Source: Mogibacterium diversum (GTDB lineage Bacteria; Bacillota; Clostridia; Peptostreptococcales; Anaerovoracaceae). From it: 64,000 nt of DNA. A program made the position numbers and the translations under genes. This document shows positions 36,366 through 46,403 of the stretch, one piece after another. Each line of letters opens with the position of its first letter. The stretch's first letter is position 1. The stretch is from NCBI RefSeq assembly GCF_938028775.1, contig NZ_CALIZG010000024.1, forward strand, positions 129,672-193,671, in the 5' to 3' direction. The notes under the pieces were generated by a model. That model was not told the origin of the DNA and ran no database searches. It was given only the letters and a program-made list of their open reading frames with translations.

Positions 36366-37316
36366 TTACAGCATTTTTCTAATCTGTTTTCCATCCATCC
36401 ATGATGTTATGTTCTCAAATACCATCTCTGCACGTCTATCGATGGATTCCCTCGTATCAAAGCCCACATGAGGTGTACAAACTAGGTTAGGCGCACCAAT
36501 AAGCGGATGATCTTTAGGGAGCGGAGGATCCTTCTCGAATACATCTATTCCAGCTTTAATCCTGCCCTCTCTAAGCGCCTTCGCTAATGCTTCTGTCTCA
36601 ATAACAGGGCCTCTTGCTGTGTTCACGAGTATTGCTCCTTGTTTCATAGCAGCAATTTCTTTTTCCCCAATTAAGCCTTTAGTTTCCGGTGTCAAAGGAG
36701 TGTGAATCGAAATAATATCTGCGTTCGCCATGACATCGATGAGTGGCATATACTCGAGTCCAAGAGCCTTAGCTGCAGTTTTCTCACTTCTATTAAAACC
36801 AATAAGTTTACAGCCAAATGCCTTAAAAATAGCAGCAGTTCTAATGCCGATTGCACCTGTACCTATTATTCCGACAACCTTACCTGCAAGCTCTCTGCCT
36901 GCGAGGCTGCCTTTACCAAGTCCATTTTGAACGGCTTCGTTGCATATGGTAATATTTCTCAAACAGTCCAAAGTCAACCCTATTGCTAGCTCCGCCACCG
37001 CGTCATCACAGTATCCGCCTGTATTGGATATAAGTACTCCTTTTTCTCTGCAAGCTTCAATGTCCACATGATCTATCCCTACAAATGCAACTGAGACGAG
37101 TTTAAGATTCTCGTCTGCTCTAATGACCTCTCCAGGAAGTGGATGATTTGCTATTATAAGAACCTCTGCATCTTCAGCGCGTTTTATTAGCTCGCTTGTA
37201 TCAGTAGTCACAGTATCGTATGACTTAAACGTATGACCTTGTTCTGTCAGTGTACTCGATAGTCTCTTCAAGGTGTCCTCGGAAATACCTAGTGGCTCCA
37301 TAAGAATAATCTTCAT
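36366..37316 (-). CDS. D-isomer-specific 2-hydroxyacid dehydrogenase (glyoxylate/hydroxypyruvate reductase type)
   Basis: 316 aa with an NAD motif (GIIGTGAIGIRTA) and the catalytic domain order typical of the family. Confidence 0.8.
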   Translation of the reverse strand: MKIILMEPLGISEDTLKRLSSTLTEQGHTFKSYDTVTTDTSELIKRAEDAEVLIIANHPLPGEVIRADENLKLVSVAFVGIDHVDIEACREKGVLISNTGGYCDDAVAELAIGLTLDCLRNITICNEAVQNGLGKGSLAGRELAGKVVGIIGTGAIGIRTAAIFKAFGCKLIGFNRSEKTAAKALGLEYMPLIDVMANADIISIHTPLTPETKGLIGEKEIAAMKQGAILVNTARGPVIETEALAKALREGRIKAGIDVFEKDPPLPKDHPLIGAPNLVCTPHVGFDTRESIDRRAEMVFENITSWMDGKQIRKML

Positions 37317-37460
37317 TTTATTAGTCCCCCTTGTAAATTATCTAATGTTGACTTTTATTATAGCACAATGACAGCCAATCACATTATGAAAAAATATGAT
37401 TGGCTGTCAGGTAGGTAGTATTAAGTTACGTAAAATCTTATTCCATTTTCTTAAGTGTAT

Positions 37461-38519
37461 TTAAATATTTGATAAACTCTTTGAAAGTCTTTCTAATCTA
37501 AAATCATTTTGTTTTTCAACAATATCAATCCATTCTTCAGAAAATATAGTAGCTCCATGCAAAGCACCAATAATAGCACCTACAATTGTTGATATAGCGC
37601 ATGTCTCATCACCGATATTTACAGCATCAAAGATAGCCTGAATCGGGTTATTTTTTCGTGCAATCACCAAACCAATTGCAGTAGGTACTGTTTCTGCAAT
37701 CTCTGGACCACAACCAATAATATCACGCAATTCGTCTACTGCTACATCTGAGTTGTAATTTTTCAAGGCAATCTGCTGTGCAATTTTTATTCTTTTATAA
37801 ATAGATGGACCTGGATAATCATTTACCATATCATCGTCTAAAGCTAACTGATATCCCTTTTGTGCACCATATAAGGATTTCTGTACTACACTGAACACTG
37901 TTGATTGCTCTTGGAATGCTTCTGCTATTGCTGTTGCTACTGCACAAGCCCCAGAAATACTTAGCCTGTCATCATGCGAAGTCATCGTAATTGTTTTTGT
38001 GTTTAATATTACATCATTAATCTGCTCGTTATTAATTATCCCAGTTGCAATTGCCTTGCACGCAGCACCATTAGACGATAGTGCATAGAAATGCCCTTTG
38101 AATAATTTATTCCCTAAATGACCTGATGTAGACCAGAAGTCAGTGCTATCTCTCATATTTAATAGATTTACTACTTTTCTTGTAGTCATGCCTGCAAACT
38201 GTTCAAAATATTCACTTTTGCCCCATTTTATTAATGCATTAACAGCTACATCGTTATCGATTACACCTTCATTCTCTATAATTTCCTCTAATAAATAATA
38301 TGGTATGCTAAAGGCATCTGTAACCTGACCTAAAGCTCTCCCTCGAGCTGCAGTGTCATCATCCGGTTTTATAAAATTATGAACTAAACCACCATATATT
38401 TTCATTATTTCAGAGCGACTTTTTCCATCTGTAGAGGAAGCAAGAGCATCGCCTATTGAAGCACCGCAAAGAGTGGAATATATTTTATATTCTCTATTAC
38501 TAAAAGCTTTCTCATCCAT
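37461..38519 (-). CDS. ADP-ribosylglycohydrolase (ARH/DraG) family protein, copy 2
   Basis: 352 aa with an N-terminal GASIGDALAS motif (PF03747 signature GxxxGDAxG). Confidence 0.7.
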   Translation of the reverse strand: MDEKAFSNREYKIYSTLCGASIGDALASSTDGKSRSEIMKIYGGLVHNFIKPDDDTAARGRALGQVTDAFSIPYYLLEEIIENEGVIDNDVAVNALIKWGKSEYFEQFAGMTTRKVVNLLNMRDSTDFWSTSGHLGNKLFKGHFYALSSNGAACKAIATGIINNEQINDVILNTKTITMTSHDDRLSISGACAVATAIAEAFQEQSTVFSVVQKSLYGAQKGYQLALDDDMVNDYPGPSIYKRIKIAQQIALKNYNSDVAVDELRDIIGCGPEIAETVPTAIGLVIARKNNPIQAIFDAVNIGDETCAISTIVGAIIGALHGATIFSEEWIDIVEKQNDFRLERLSKSLSNI

Positions 38520-38522
38520 TTG

Positions 38523-39542
38523 TTAGTGCTCCTTTCTCAACTGAAGACTATATATATCATTGGCCAAGCCTTTTATGTCGAGTTTGTTAACATTTTCCAT
38601 CGTAGAAATAAAATGATTTGGAAAACTAGAATCACCATTAAGTGCTCCAACTATTCCACCTACAATAGTAGCTATAGTATCGGTATCGTACCCTATGCTC
38701 GCCGCTTCACTAATCGATCTCATCGAATCGCCTGAACAAGCAGCGATTATTCCAAAAGCTGTAGGAACAGTCTCTGATACGTGTAGACCTGTTCCAATGA
38801 TATCAGCTATGTTACAAATACGCTCATCTATACTACCAGTTCCAAATCCAATATCCACCGCCATCTTTATGCGATTTACAACTGATGGTCCAGCAACGTT
38901 ATTACTATGTGCTTTACCTATCTTTTCACCTTCTTTAGCTCCATAGATCCCGGCATCTATAACATCGTATAAATTCGAATCCTCTCTAACCGCCTCGCTA
39001 ACTGCAGCTGCCACTGCACACGCACCTGAAATAGCTAAATTATTATTATGCGTTACAGATGCTACTATAACAGCATCCTTAATTGCATTATCCGTATTAG
39101 CAGCGTTGATTAACCCTATTGGTGATATTCGCATTGCGGCGCCATTTGTAGCTTGTCTTGCTTTATTTTTTATCCCTTCTGAAAGCTGTACTTCTTCACC
39201 TGCAAATCTTTTAATTGCAAGTCTTGTTGTCGGTCCTGCAAAACGGTCAAAAAAAACAGCATGTTTCGACCATTCGACAAGCGCATTTTGAACTATTTCT
39301 TCATTTACTACTCCTGCATTATCAACAATTTCTTTTGCAACAAAATACGCAGAACTAAAATCGTCTGTAAATCCACCAGCTTGATTTCCTGCACCAAAAG
39401 TATCATTAGGTGGCTTAATAAACTCGGTTACTTTACCTCCAAATGTATCAATTATTTGATTTGATGACCTTGCTTCAGTTGCTGCTCCCATTGCATCACC
39501 AGTAGCAGCTCCAATAAGGCATCCTAATATTTTATTGTACAT
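38523..39542 (-). CDS. ADP-ribosylglycohydrolase family protein, copy 1
   Basis: 339 aa with LIGAATGDAMGAATE. It lies 3 nt upstream of its tandem paralog. Confidence 0.7.
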   Translation of the reverse strand: MYNKILGCLIGAATGDAMGAATEARSSNQIIDTFGGKVTEFIKPPNDTFGAGNQAGGFTDDFSSAYFVAKEIVDNAGVVNEEIVQNALVEWSKHAVFFDRFAGPTTRLAIKRFAGEEVQLSEGIKNKARQATNGAAMRISPIGLINAANTDNAIKDAVIVASVTHNNNLAISGACAVAAAVSEAVREDSNLYDVIDAGIYGAKEGEKIGKAHSNNVAGPSVVNRIKMAVDIGFGTGSIDERICNIADIIGTGLHVSETVPTAFGIIAACSGDSMRSISEAASIGYDTDTIATIVGGIVGALNGDSSFPNHFISTMENVNKLDIKGLANDIYSLQLRKEH

Positions 39543-39603
39543 GCACTTATCTCCTTTTACTTAAAAGGGAAATACTGTTACAGTATTTCCCTAGGTGATT
39601 TTT

Positions 39604-40656
39604 TTATTTCCAGTCTTCCATCTTTGAAATATTATCTTTTGAAACTAATATTATTGGAATGCTACTATCAAGTGTTGATACATCTTGTCCTTGTGATGCT
39701 TTAAGCATTGCAAGGACTGTTCTTCTTCCTCCAAGATAAGGAGACATTGCTACAGATGCATCTAATTCACCTTTTTTTATAGAAGCTTTAGCTTGAGATG
39801 TAAAGTCATTTCCAACTACAACAACTTTCTTTTTCAGCTTGAGTTCTTTTAGTGCTTTAATAACACCCATTGCCATATCATCATTTCCACACGTAATTCC
39901 AACAATATCAGGATGCGCTTGCATAATCGATTTTGTTGCATCATATGCTTTCTGCTGATCAAAGTCGCATTGTTGTACTGCAACTACTTCCATTCCCTTT
40001 GATTCGAATACCTCTTTTGCACCATCTCGTCTGCCGTCTGACTGCGTAGCGCCTTCTGTACCAGCAATTATTGCTACTTTTCCCTTATTTTTCTTTTTCT
40101 TAGCTACAAACTTACCAGCCTGAACACCTTGCTCGTGGAAGTCCATCTTTAGCTGACAATCGATATGTGCTCCTGCAAGCTTTAGAGCATCCTTGTTCAA
40201 AGTTGTTCCACTTAGAATAACTTTTACACCGCTCTTATTCGCAGCAACTACACCATTAATTAGATTGTTTTCAGATAGTGGAGATACTGCAATAGCATCA
40301 TAATCTTTCGAGATCATCGTATTCATTATGTTCAGCTGACCAGCAAAATCTGTGTCATTATCTGTCGCCTGAATGTCGATTTTTACGCCATACTCTTTAG
40401 CAGTAGCTTCCGCACCCTTCTTATTTGTCTGCCAAAACTCGTTTGATAGGGAACTAAGAATTACACCTAGTTTTTCACCATTTTTCTTCTTAGGTAGTGG
40501 CGCCATACTCTTATCAAGTTCTGCTTGCGCCTTCGTAAACTCTGTGTCCTTTTTGCTGCTAGATTCATCACTTTTCTTTTCGTTACAACCTGATAAAAGT
40601 GTCGTACCGAAAGCAATTACTACTATCAGTGATAATGAGATAAATTTTTTTCGCAT
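39604..40656 (-). CDS. ABC transporter substrate-binding lipoprotein (PBP1 ribose/sugar type)
   Basis: 350 aa with a lipobox (LLSGC) and the type-1 periplasmic-binding fold. Confidence 0.7.
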   Translation of the reverse strand: MRKKFISLSLIVVIAFGTTLLSGCNEKKSDESSSKKDTEFTKAQAELDKSMAPLPKKKNGEKLGVILSSLSNEFWQTNKKGAEATAKEYGVKIDIQATDNDTDFAGQLNIMNTMISKDYDAIAVSPLSENNLINGVVAANKSGVKVILSGTTLNKDALKLAGAHIDCQLKMDFHEQGVQAGKFVAKKKKNKGKVAIIAGTEGATQSDGRRDGAKEVFESKGMEVVAVQQCDFDQQKAYDATKSIMQAHPDIVGITCGNDDMAMGVIKALKELKLKKKVVVVGNDFTSQAKASIKKGELDASVAMSPYLGGRRTVLAMLKASQGQDVSTLDSSIPIILVSKDNISKMEDWK

Positions 40657-40693
40657 TTCATAACCTCCTAAAGTGTCAATAAGTATTTTATGC

Positions 40694-41644
40694 TTAAAGG
40701 GTTTGATTTAAAGAACCCTCAATAGCCATAACTTCATCATACGATGCTATACTGCGCGGTCCATATTTCGTGCATTTTATTGCAGCAGATGCACTTGCAA
40801 ATTTTAGTGAATCGGAGATAGAATTACCTTTGTCATATAATGAATACAATAACCCACCTATAAAACAATCTCCTGCCCCCGTTGTATCTACAACATTGAC
40901 ATCGTACGAATCAACCTTAATAAAGCTTTGACCATCAAACCAAATCGCCCCTTCTGAACCAAGTGTACATACCACACCATCATCAGGTTTATATATTTCA
41001 TATACAGTCTTAACTGCATCGATCGGATCAAACTCACAACTTCTGGCAATCTCAAGAATTGCATCCTTACCACCAATTATCATCGATGATAATGACAGAA
41101 CTTCATGAATCATTTCTTCACTTGCACCACATAATGGCATAAATGACGGTACAGCTTGCATATTCATAACAATCTTACAATTTCTCTTATGTGCCTCTCT
41201 TGCCAAAAATAGTGAAACTTTGGGCGAGAACATATCTGTAAAATAAATATCTATTCTGTCAAGAATATTATCAGGAAGCTCGCTTGGTTCAAAACTAGGA
41301 AGACAATCTCCCATATTTGCAAATATTGTATGCCTTCCATCTGGCGTCGTAACAATATATGTATGAGTTGTTATTCCACCTTCTTTTGTATAAATATACT
41401 TTTTGTTTACTCCATCTTCTACAAGACTACTTTTAAATAAATCTCCTATTTCATCTGTTCCAACCTTTCCAACTTGATATGTATCCATACCAAACCCAGC
41501 AGCTGAAACACAAACATTTGCCGAACTCCCACCTGGAAATATCTCCTCTTTATTAATAAGAGCGAACCCATCATTTATTGGCAAATCACTACTATTTAGA
41601 ACTACATCCATGGCAATGCTTCCAGAAGATAAAATCGTTGTCAT
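40694..41644 (-). CDS. PfkB-family carbohydrate/nucleoside kinase (ribokinase or pseudouridine-kinase like)
   Basis: 316 aa with N-terminal GGSSANV and the C-terminal anion hole DTTGAGDCFIGG. Confidence 0.8.
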   Translation of the reverse strand: MTTILSSGSIAMDVVLNSSDLPINDGFALINKEEIFPGGSSANVCVSAAGFGMDTYQVGKVGTDEIGDLFKSSLVEDGVNKKYIYTKEGGITTHTYIVTTPDGRHTIFANMGDCLPSFEPSELPDNILDRIDIYFTDMFSPKVSLFLAREAHKRNCKIVMNMQAVPSFMPLCGASEEMIHEVLSLSSMIIGGKDAILEIARSCEFDPIDAVKTVYEIYKPDDGVVCTLGSEGAIWFDGQSFIKVDSYDVNVVDTTGAGDCFIGGLLYSLYDKGNSISDSLKFASASAAIKCTKYGPRSIASYDEVMAIEGSLNQTL

Positions 41645-42601
41645 CTATACTTCCCTCCGTTTAATTTTGTCTCTACTTGATATCAAAACTGAAACAACAA
41701 TTATCACTCCAGTTATAATTTCCTGATAATGAGTTGAAATTGATAGCAAGGTTAAACCATCACTAATTATATTTAGAATTAAACAAGCAATAAAAGGACC
41801 AATTATGTTACCTTTACCACCCTCTAAAACTGTTCCACCAAGAATCACCGCGGCAATTGCATCCATTTCATACCCTGTGCCGGCAAGTGGTTCTGCTGAA
41901 TCTAATCTCCCCATAACTACTACACCTGCTACAGCAGCTAAAAGACCTGAAAATGCAAAAACCCAAAGTTTATATTTCTTTGAATTCACACCCATACGAC
42001 TAAGTGCTACTTCATTTGCACCTAAAAACAAGCAATAATTTCCATATTTAGTTTCTGCAAGAATGAATCCTGAAATAACAACTGTAATTAATGCTAGCAA
42101 AATTGGGAAATTAATTGGTCCAATATCACCAGCACCTATAAATCCATATAGTTTACCAAATCCATATAGAGTCTTTGAGTTCATTACAAGCAGAATTATC
42201 CCTCTTAAAACAGTCATGGAGCACAGCGTAACAATAAACGAATTAATTTTTACATATGCGACAAGCCACCCATTTATTAATCCTATTAATAAACCTGTGA
42301 TCAGCCCCGCAAATATGCACAACCAATCTGGTATTCCTACATAATATAAGTTAGACATAACCATACCAGTAAAACCTATTGTAGCGCCCACCGAAAGGTC
42401 TATATTTCCAGATATGATAATAAATGTCATACCAATCACTAAGAATATGAAAAGCGACGATTGATTTAAAACATTTTTAAAATTTGTCATAGTCAAGAAA
42501 TAAGGCGAAAGACATGACATCACCAATATAAGGAATATCGTTATCAATATTAGTAAAGCATCGTATGACATTAAAATTTTATAACAGTCTAATTTTTTCA
42601 T
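41645..42601 (-). CDS. ABC transporter permease (RbsC-like)
   Basis: 318 aa, polytopic. It overlaps the ATPase gene by 4 nt. Confidence 0.75.
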   Translation of the reverse strand: MKKLDCYKILMSYDALLILITIFLILVMSCLSPYFLTMTNFKNVLNQSSLFIFLVIGMTFIIISGNIDLSVGATIGFTGMVMSNLYYVGIPDWLCIFAGLITGLLIGLINGWLVAYVKINSFIVTLCSMTVLRGIILLVMNSKTLYGFGKLYGFIGAGDIGPINFPILLALITVVISGFILAETKYGNYCLFLGANEVALSRMGVNSKKYKLWVFAFSGLLAAVAGVVVMGRLDSAEPLAGTGYEMDAIAAVILGGTVLEGGKGNIIGPFIACLILNIISDGLTLLSISTHYQEIITGVIIVVSVLISSRDKIKRREV

Positions 42602-43440
42602 ATTTCGTTTCTCTTATTCGCATTATTATAAATATCAGCCGAGGTTAGCACCTCTACAACCTCTTTCATTGAGATATCTTCAACTTTTTCTTCGAGCAGA
42701 GCACATCCATGACGTAGTACAACTATTCGATCTGCAACCTGGAAGACCTGCATAAGATTATGAGATATCATTATTACTGTAAAACCTTCATCTGCTAAAT
42801 GTCTAATTAATTCAAGAGTCCTATTTGATTCATTGATTCCCATCGCCGCTGTTGGCTCGTCAAAAATTAGGATATTCCCACCTCTATTAACAAGCCTAGC
42901 AACTGCAACACCTTGCCTTTGTCCTCCACTGAGGTTCCCAACATTAACCTTCGTATCCGGTATATTTATCTTAAGACGTTTGAGAAGCTCATTAGTCTGC
43001 CTGTGCATTGCTTTTTTATCAAGTAAACCATGTTTTGTTATTTCACTGCCTAAGAAAATATTGGAAGCAACATCCATCGAATCACCTAAAGCTAAGTCCT
43101 GATAAACAGTAGATATTCCAAGTTCAAATGCTTCTCTTACATTTAAGTGAGAGTACTTTTTTCCATCAATTTCTATTATTCCACTATCGGGTCTAAGAAC
43201 CCCAGATAATATCTTTATCAAGGTGGACTTTCCTGCACCATTATCTCCAACTAGGGCAAGGACTTCTCCATTGAATGCTTCCAGCGAAACATTATCTAGA
43301 GCAATAATATGATTAAAATGTTTGGAAATATTACTTAATTTAATATTCGACTTCATATAAAAAACCAAAATTCCCCATTCTCTACATACATAAAACACAG
43401 GTCTGAAATAACTAGTTTTCTGAAAATAAACTTTCTGCAA
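42598..43440 (-). CDS. ABC transporter ATP-binding protein (single ABC domain)
   Basis: Walker A (GDNGAGKST), signature (LSGGQRQ) and Walker B (ILIFDEPT). Confidence 0.8.
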   Translation of the reverse strand: MQKVYFQKTSYFRPVFYVCREWGILVFYMKSNIKLSNISKHFNHIIALDNVSLEAFNGEVLALVGDNGAGKSTLIKILSGVLRPDSGIIEIDGKKYSHLNVREAFELGISTVYQDLALGDSMDVASNIFLGSEITKHGLLDKKAMHRQTNELLKRLKINIPDTKVNVGNLSGGQRQGVAVARLVNRGGNILIFDEPTAAMGINESNRTLELIRHLADEGFTVIMISHNLMQVFQVADRIVVLRHGCALLEEKVEDISMKEVVEVLTSADIYNNANKRNEI

Positions 43441-44194
43441 TAATTACGTTTTTTAAAATAGACTCTAACTGCAGCTTTGAAGATGCTCCATTTGTTGATC
43501 TATCTATAAATTCATTAACTGCTGGATGGAAACTTTTTCCCATTCGAGCTTCTTGCTTACCAAACTCTATTGCTTCCTCAAGAATGTGATTATCTATGAT
43601 TCTCTTCTCTGGTGGAATCTGGACTAATAAAAGATTGGATTTATTGTAGACAAACGAGTGTTCATTGAACTCACCATCTAAAGGATAATGGTTACTATTA
43701 AAAATATAACCATTACATTCTTTTGATTTATAGCCCAAAACTTCTATGTCGTGCTGATAAAGCCAAGTAAAGCTACCATCATAGTCCATCATATCCTTGA
43801 TAGCTGTTGCGATAAGCATGGTTTTTTTCTCCGCAATAACATCAAAATCGGAACTTCTACGTCTAATAGGAGCGTCTCCAATACCACCAATACCACAGCT
43901 TACGGCAGCTGGAATACCATGCAAAATGCAAATTCTCATCGTAGCTGCAGCAGTCAGTGCCGCATCTTCTTCCCCACACAAATATTGACTTAGATTTTTA
44001 TCATCAGCTCTATTAAAAACCAATTTAGAACGAAACTTTATAAATTCATCTATACCACCTATTTTGAGCGTGCCTTTTTCTATCCAGGCAAAGTTCGCAT
44101 TTGTTTTTTTGAAAGCTACTGCAATTTCATCATCCGATATCGATGAAAGTCCATGACATAATAAACATGTTTCAACTAGAAAATTTATTTTCAT
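43412..44194 (-). CDS. Divergent PsuG-like protein (pseudouridine-5'-phosphate glycosidase / IndA family)
   Basis: 260 aa. The blocks LVETCLLCHGLS, GIPAAVSCGIGGIG and TNGASSKLQLESILKNVIIAESL align with conserved PsuG blocks (ESTIISHGMP, ATGGIGGVHRG, TGGDSLKSNIQLVFNNAILASEIA). It is about 50 aa shorter than canonical PsuG. Confidence 0.5.
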   Translation of the reverse strand: MKINFLVETCLLCHGLSSISDDEIAVAFKKTNANFAWIEKGTLKIGGIDEFIKFRSKLVFNRADDKNLSQYLCGEEDAALTAAATMRICILHGIPAAVSCGIGGIGDAPIRRRSSDFDVIAEKKTMLIATAIKDMMDYDGSFTWLYQHDIEVLGYKSKECNGYIFNSNHYPLDGEFNEHSFVYNKSNLLLVQIPPEKRIIDNHILEEAIEFGKQEARMGKSFHPAVNEFIDRSTNGASSKLQLESILKNVIIAESLFSEN

Positions 44195-44512
44195 ATCTTT
44201 AAATTAAATAATTCATATTTTAGCTAAAAACGTCCCTTATCCCCTTATATATTTCATTATAGCTAGTGACAAATTTATAGTTAAATTGCAAAACACTATA
44301 CATCTTGTGAAATTATAGGCAATTTTTATATGCTTTTGCAGTTAGTTCACTTTACAACTTATTAAGGAGAATGCATTATAATGCTATAATCAACAGCTAA
44401 ATTTTTCTACATAATATAGTCTATTGTGCACAATTGATTTTCGTGTTAAAATCCCGTATATCATACTAATTCATCACATTAATTAACTTAAATATAGAAT
44501 TTGGAGTAATTC

Positions 44513-44698
44513 ATGAAGGACAAACTGATTTGTGGATGTGTCAGAGTGTATCGCTCGGACATTGAAAAAGCCATCTTAAATGGAGCACATACATATACAG
44601 AGATTCAAGAGGAAACAGGAGCGGGCACTAGCTGTGGAAACTGTAGACCTCTTGTAGAAAAAATTATTCGCGAAACCATTTCTGGACTTGATGAGTAG
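44513..44698 (+). CDS. BFD-like [2Fe-2S]-binding domain protein
   Basis: 61 aa with two Cys pairs (CGC…CGNC) in the Fer2_BFD arrangement. Confidence 0.7.
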   Translation: MKDKLICGCVRVYRSDIEKAILNGAHTYTEIQEETGAGTSCGNCRPLVEKIIRETISGLDE

Positions 44699-44831
44699 TT
44701 ATGATCTTAACCTAAGTGCCATTTATAAATGAAATATATTTAAGCACACATGTAAATGTTGGGCATGGCATGGAATTAAACGGTTAATGCAGCTCATATT
44801 TCGTATAACACCACATTATATAAAATTTAAG

Positions 44832-44877
44832 AAAGCACAACCACCTAACACCTGTTAAGTGGTTGTGCTTTCTTTTT
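44832..44877. terminator. Bidirectional terminator between the convergent BFD-like and surface-protein genes
   Basis: A 13-bp stem AAAGCACAACCAC / GTGGTTGTGCTTT followed by CTTTTT. Confidence 0.7.
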
Positions 44878-44885
44878 AGACGATT

Positions 44886-45773
44886 TTACTTACTAAGTTT
44901 AAACTTCTTTTTCATTAGAATTAGCATGACACTAGCTACCGAGAGACCAAGCAGTCCCGAGTAAAATTCAATACCTGTATTGTCGGATGTCTTTGGTGCG
45001 ATTCTACTACTAGCTTTTTTCGCCTTAGAAATCCCAGGTCTAGATGGAACACGTGACTTTGAGACCTTAGGTTTTGGCGTTTCCTGAACCTGAGGTGTAG
45101 TTGGAGCTGGCTCTGCATACTTAGTGTAGACGTACGTACGAATGTCGGAAGTATCCGGGAGTGTATTTTTAAAGACATAAGCGATCTTGCCACCTGCATC
45201 GTATATATACTGATCTGCATCGAGGAATCCAAAGGTCCCTGCCTCTTTTACGGTGTTGCCATCTTCATCGATGTATCTGGTCACTTTTGCCATTGGCTGT
45301 TCAGTCAATATAGTAACATTAGGAACAGCTCCAGTAACCGTTAGACCAAGAAATATAACGCGTCTTTTTACGGGTTTAAATACCTCTACTCCATTTTCTA
45401 CAGTTCGATACCTAATTGTCTGTGTAGCAACCCTGTATTCTCCATATTTACCACCTGCCCAAGGTATAACTGTAGCTGCTGCCTGTTCTGAGTCTGGATT
45501 ATTAGCATCTGGATTGACAATATCCGAGTGGTTAGATTTCCAGGAATTAATATAGTCGGTCATATCCTGTCCTGTCAGGGTATATGAACCTGTATACGTT
45601 ATGTTCTCATCGACAGCCGTTGCTCCTGAAGCAATATTCCCCTCCGCAAAAGTCTCGTCGATATCGAAAATTAATACAAGCTGCACGGTAATAAGCAGAA
45701 TTAAAAGAACCAAAAAAACACGCCTATATTTTGATGACTTTGTAATTTCATATTTCACAATCTTGCCTTTCAT
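44886..45773 (-). CDS. Cell-surface protein with an N-terminal signal-anchor, a Pro/Thr/Lys-rich linker and a C-terminal hydrophobic segment plus basic tail (sortase-substrate-like, non-canonical motif)
   Basis: The C-terminus reads IAPKTSDNTGIEFYSGLLGLSVASVMLILMKKKFKLSK. An upstream linker reads AEPAPTTPQVQETPKPKVSKSRVPSRPG. Confidence 0.55.
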   Translation of the reverse strand: MKGKIVKYEITKSSKYRRVFLVLLILLITVQLVLIFDIDETFAEGNIASGATAVDENITYTGSYTLTGQDMTDYINSWKSNHSDIVNPDANNPDSEQAAATVIPWAGGKYGEYRVATQTIRYRTVENGVEVFKPVKRRVIFLGLTVTGAVPNVTILTEQPMAKVTRYIDEDGNTVKEAGTFGFLDADQYIYDAGGKIAYVFKNTLPDTSDIRTYVYTKYAEPAPTTPQVQETPKPKVSKSRVPSRPGISKAKKASSRIAPKTSDNTGIEFYSGLLGLSVASVMLILMKKKFKLSK

Positions 45774-45881
45774 AATACATTCCTTCTCTTATTCTTTTTT
45801 TCAGTAAACAATCAGATTATTCGTATTGTATCAGATTTAATTTTGTAAAACAACCCGTCTAACCCCTATATAAATTTACAC

Positions 45882-45916
45882 AAAAAACCCTCCTCGCAGG
45901 TTATCCGGCAAAGAGG
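45882..45916 (-). terminator. Probable terminator of the pyr operon
   Basis: The minus strand reads CCCTCTTTGCCGGATAACCTGCGAGGAGGG followed by TTTTTT. The stem is imperfect. Confidence 0.4.
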
Positions 45917-45971
45917 GCAAATACATTGTCTGTAGATTTTCCTAAATAAATAAAATACAATTTGAATCCCA

Positions 45972-46403
45972 TTAAAGCTTGATACTGCCACGATGAACAG
46001 TATCACAATATTCGCATCTATATATGTGATTTTCAGCGTCATCAAGGCGGAATCTATGTTCAATTCCTCTCTCAGTAGAGGTAATGCAACGAGGATTCTT
46101 ACACTGAATAACATTTGTAAGTCGCTCTGGCAGCTTCATATGCTTCTTACTATGGAGTTTACTATCCTTGATTATATTGACTGTAATATTAGGATCTACA
46201 AAGCCTATTAAATCAAAATCCAAATCGATAATTTGATCAATCTTGATTATATCCTTCTTTCCATATTTACCACTTTTAGCATTCTGGATAATAGCTATAC
46301 TACAATCTAGTTTATCAAGTCTCAGCAGATTATATATGGCCAGAGATTTTCCTGCATCAATATGATCAAGAACTATTCCGGTTGTTACTCCATCAATATT
46401 CAT
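45972..46403 (-). CDS. pyrI: Aspartate carbamoyltransferase regulatory subunit
   Basis: 143 aa with a C-terminal Zn domain (CKNPRC…CEYC). Confidence 0.85.
   Translation of the reverse strand: MNIDGVTTGIVLDHIDAGKSLAIYNLLRLDKLDCSIAIIQNAKSGKYGKKDIIKIDQIIDLDFDLIGFVDPNITVNIIKDSKLHSKKHMKLPERLTNVIQCKNPRCITSTERGIEHRFRLDDAENHIYRCEYCDTVHRGSIKL

Noticed and set aside
45866-46114. 82-aa minus-strand ORF overlapping pyrI in another frame
   Set aside because: pyrI has clear homology (Zn-domain Cys motif). The overlapping frame is incidental.
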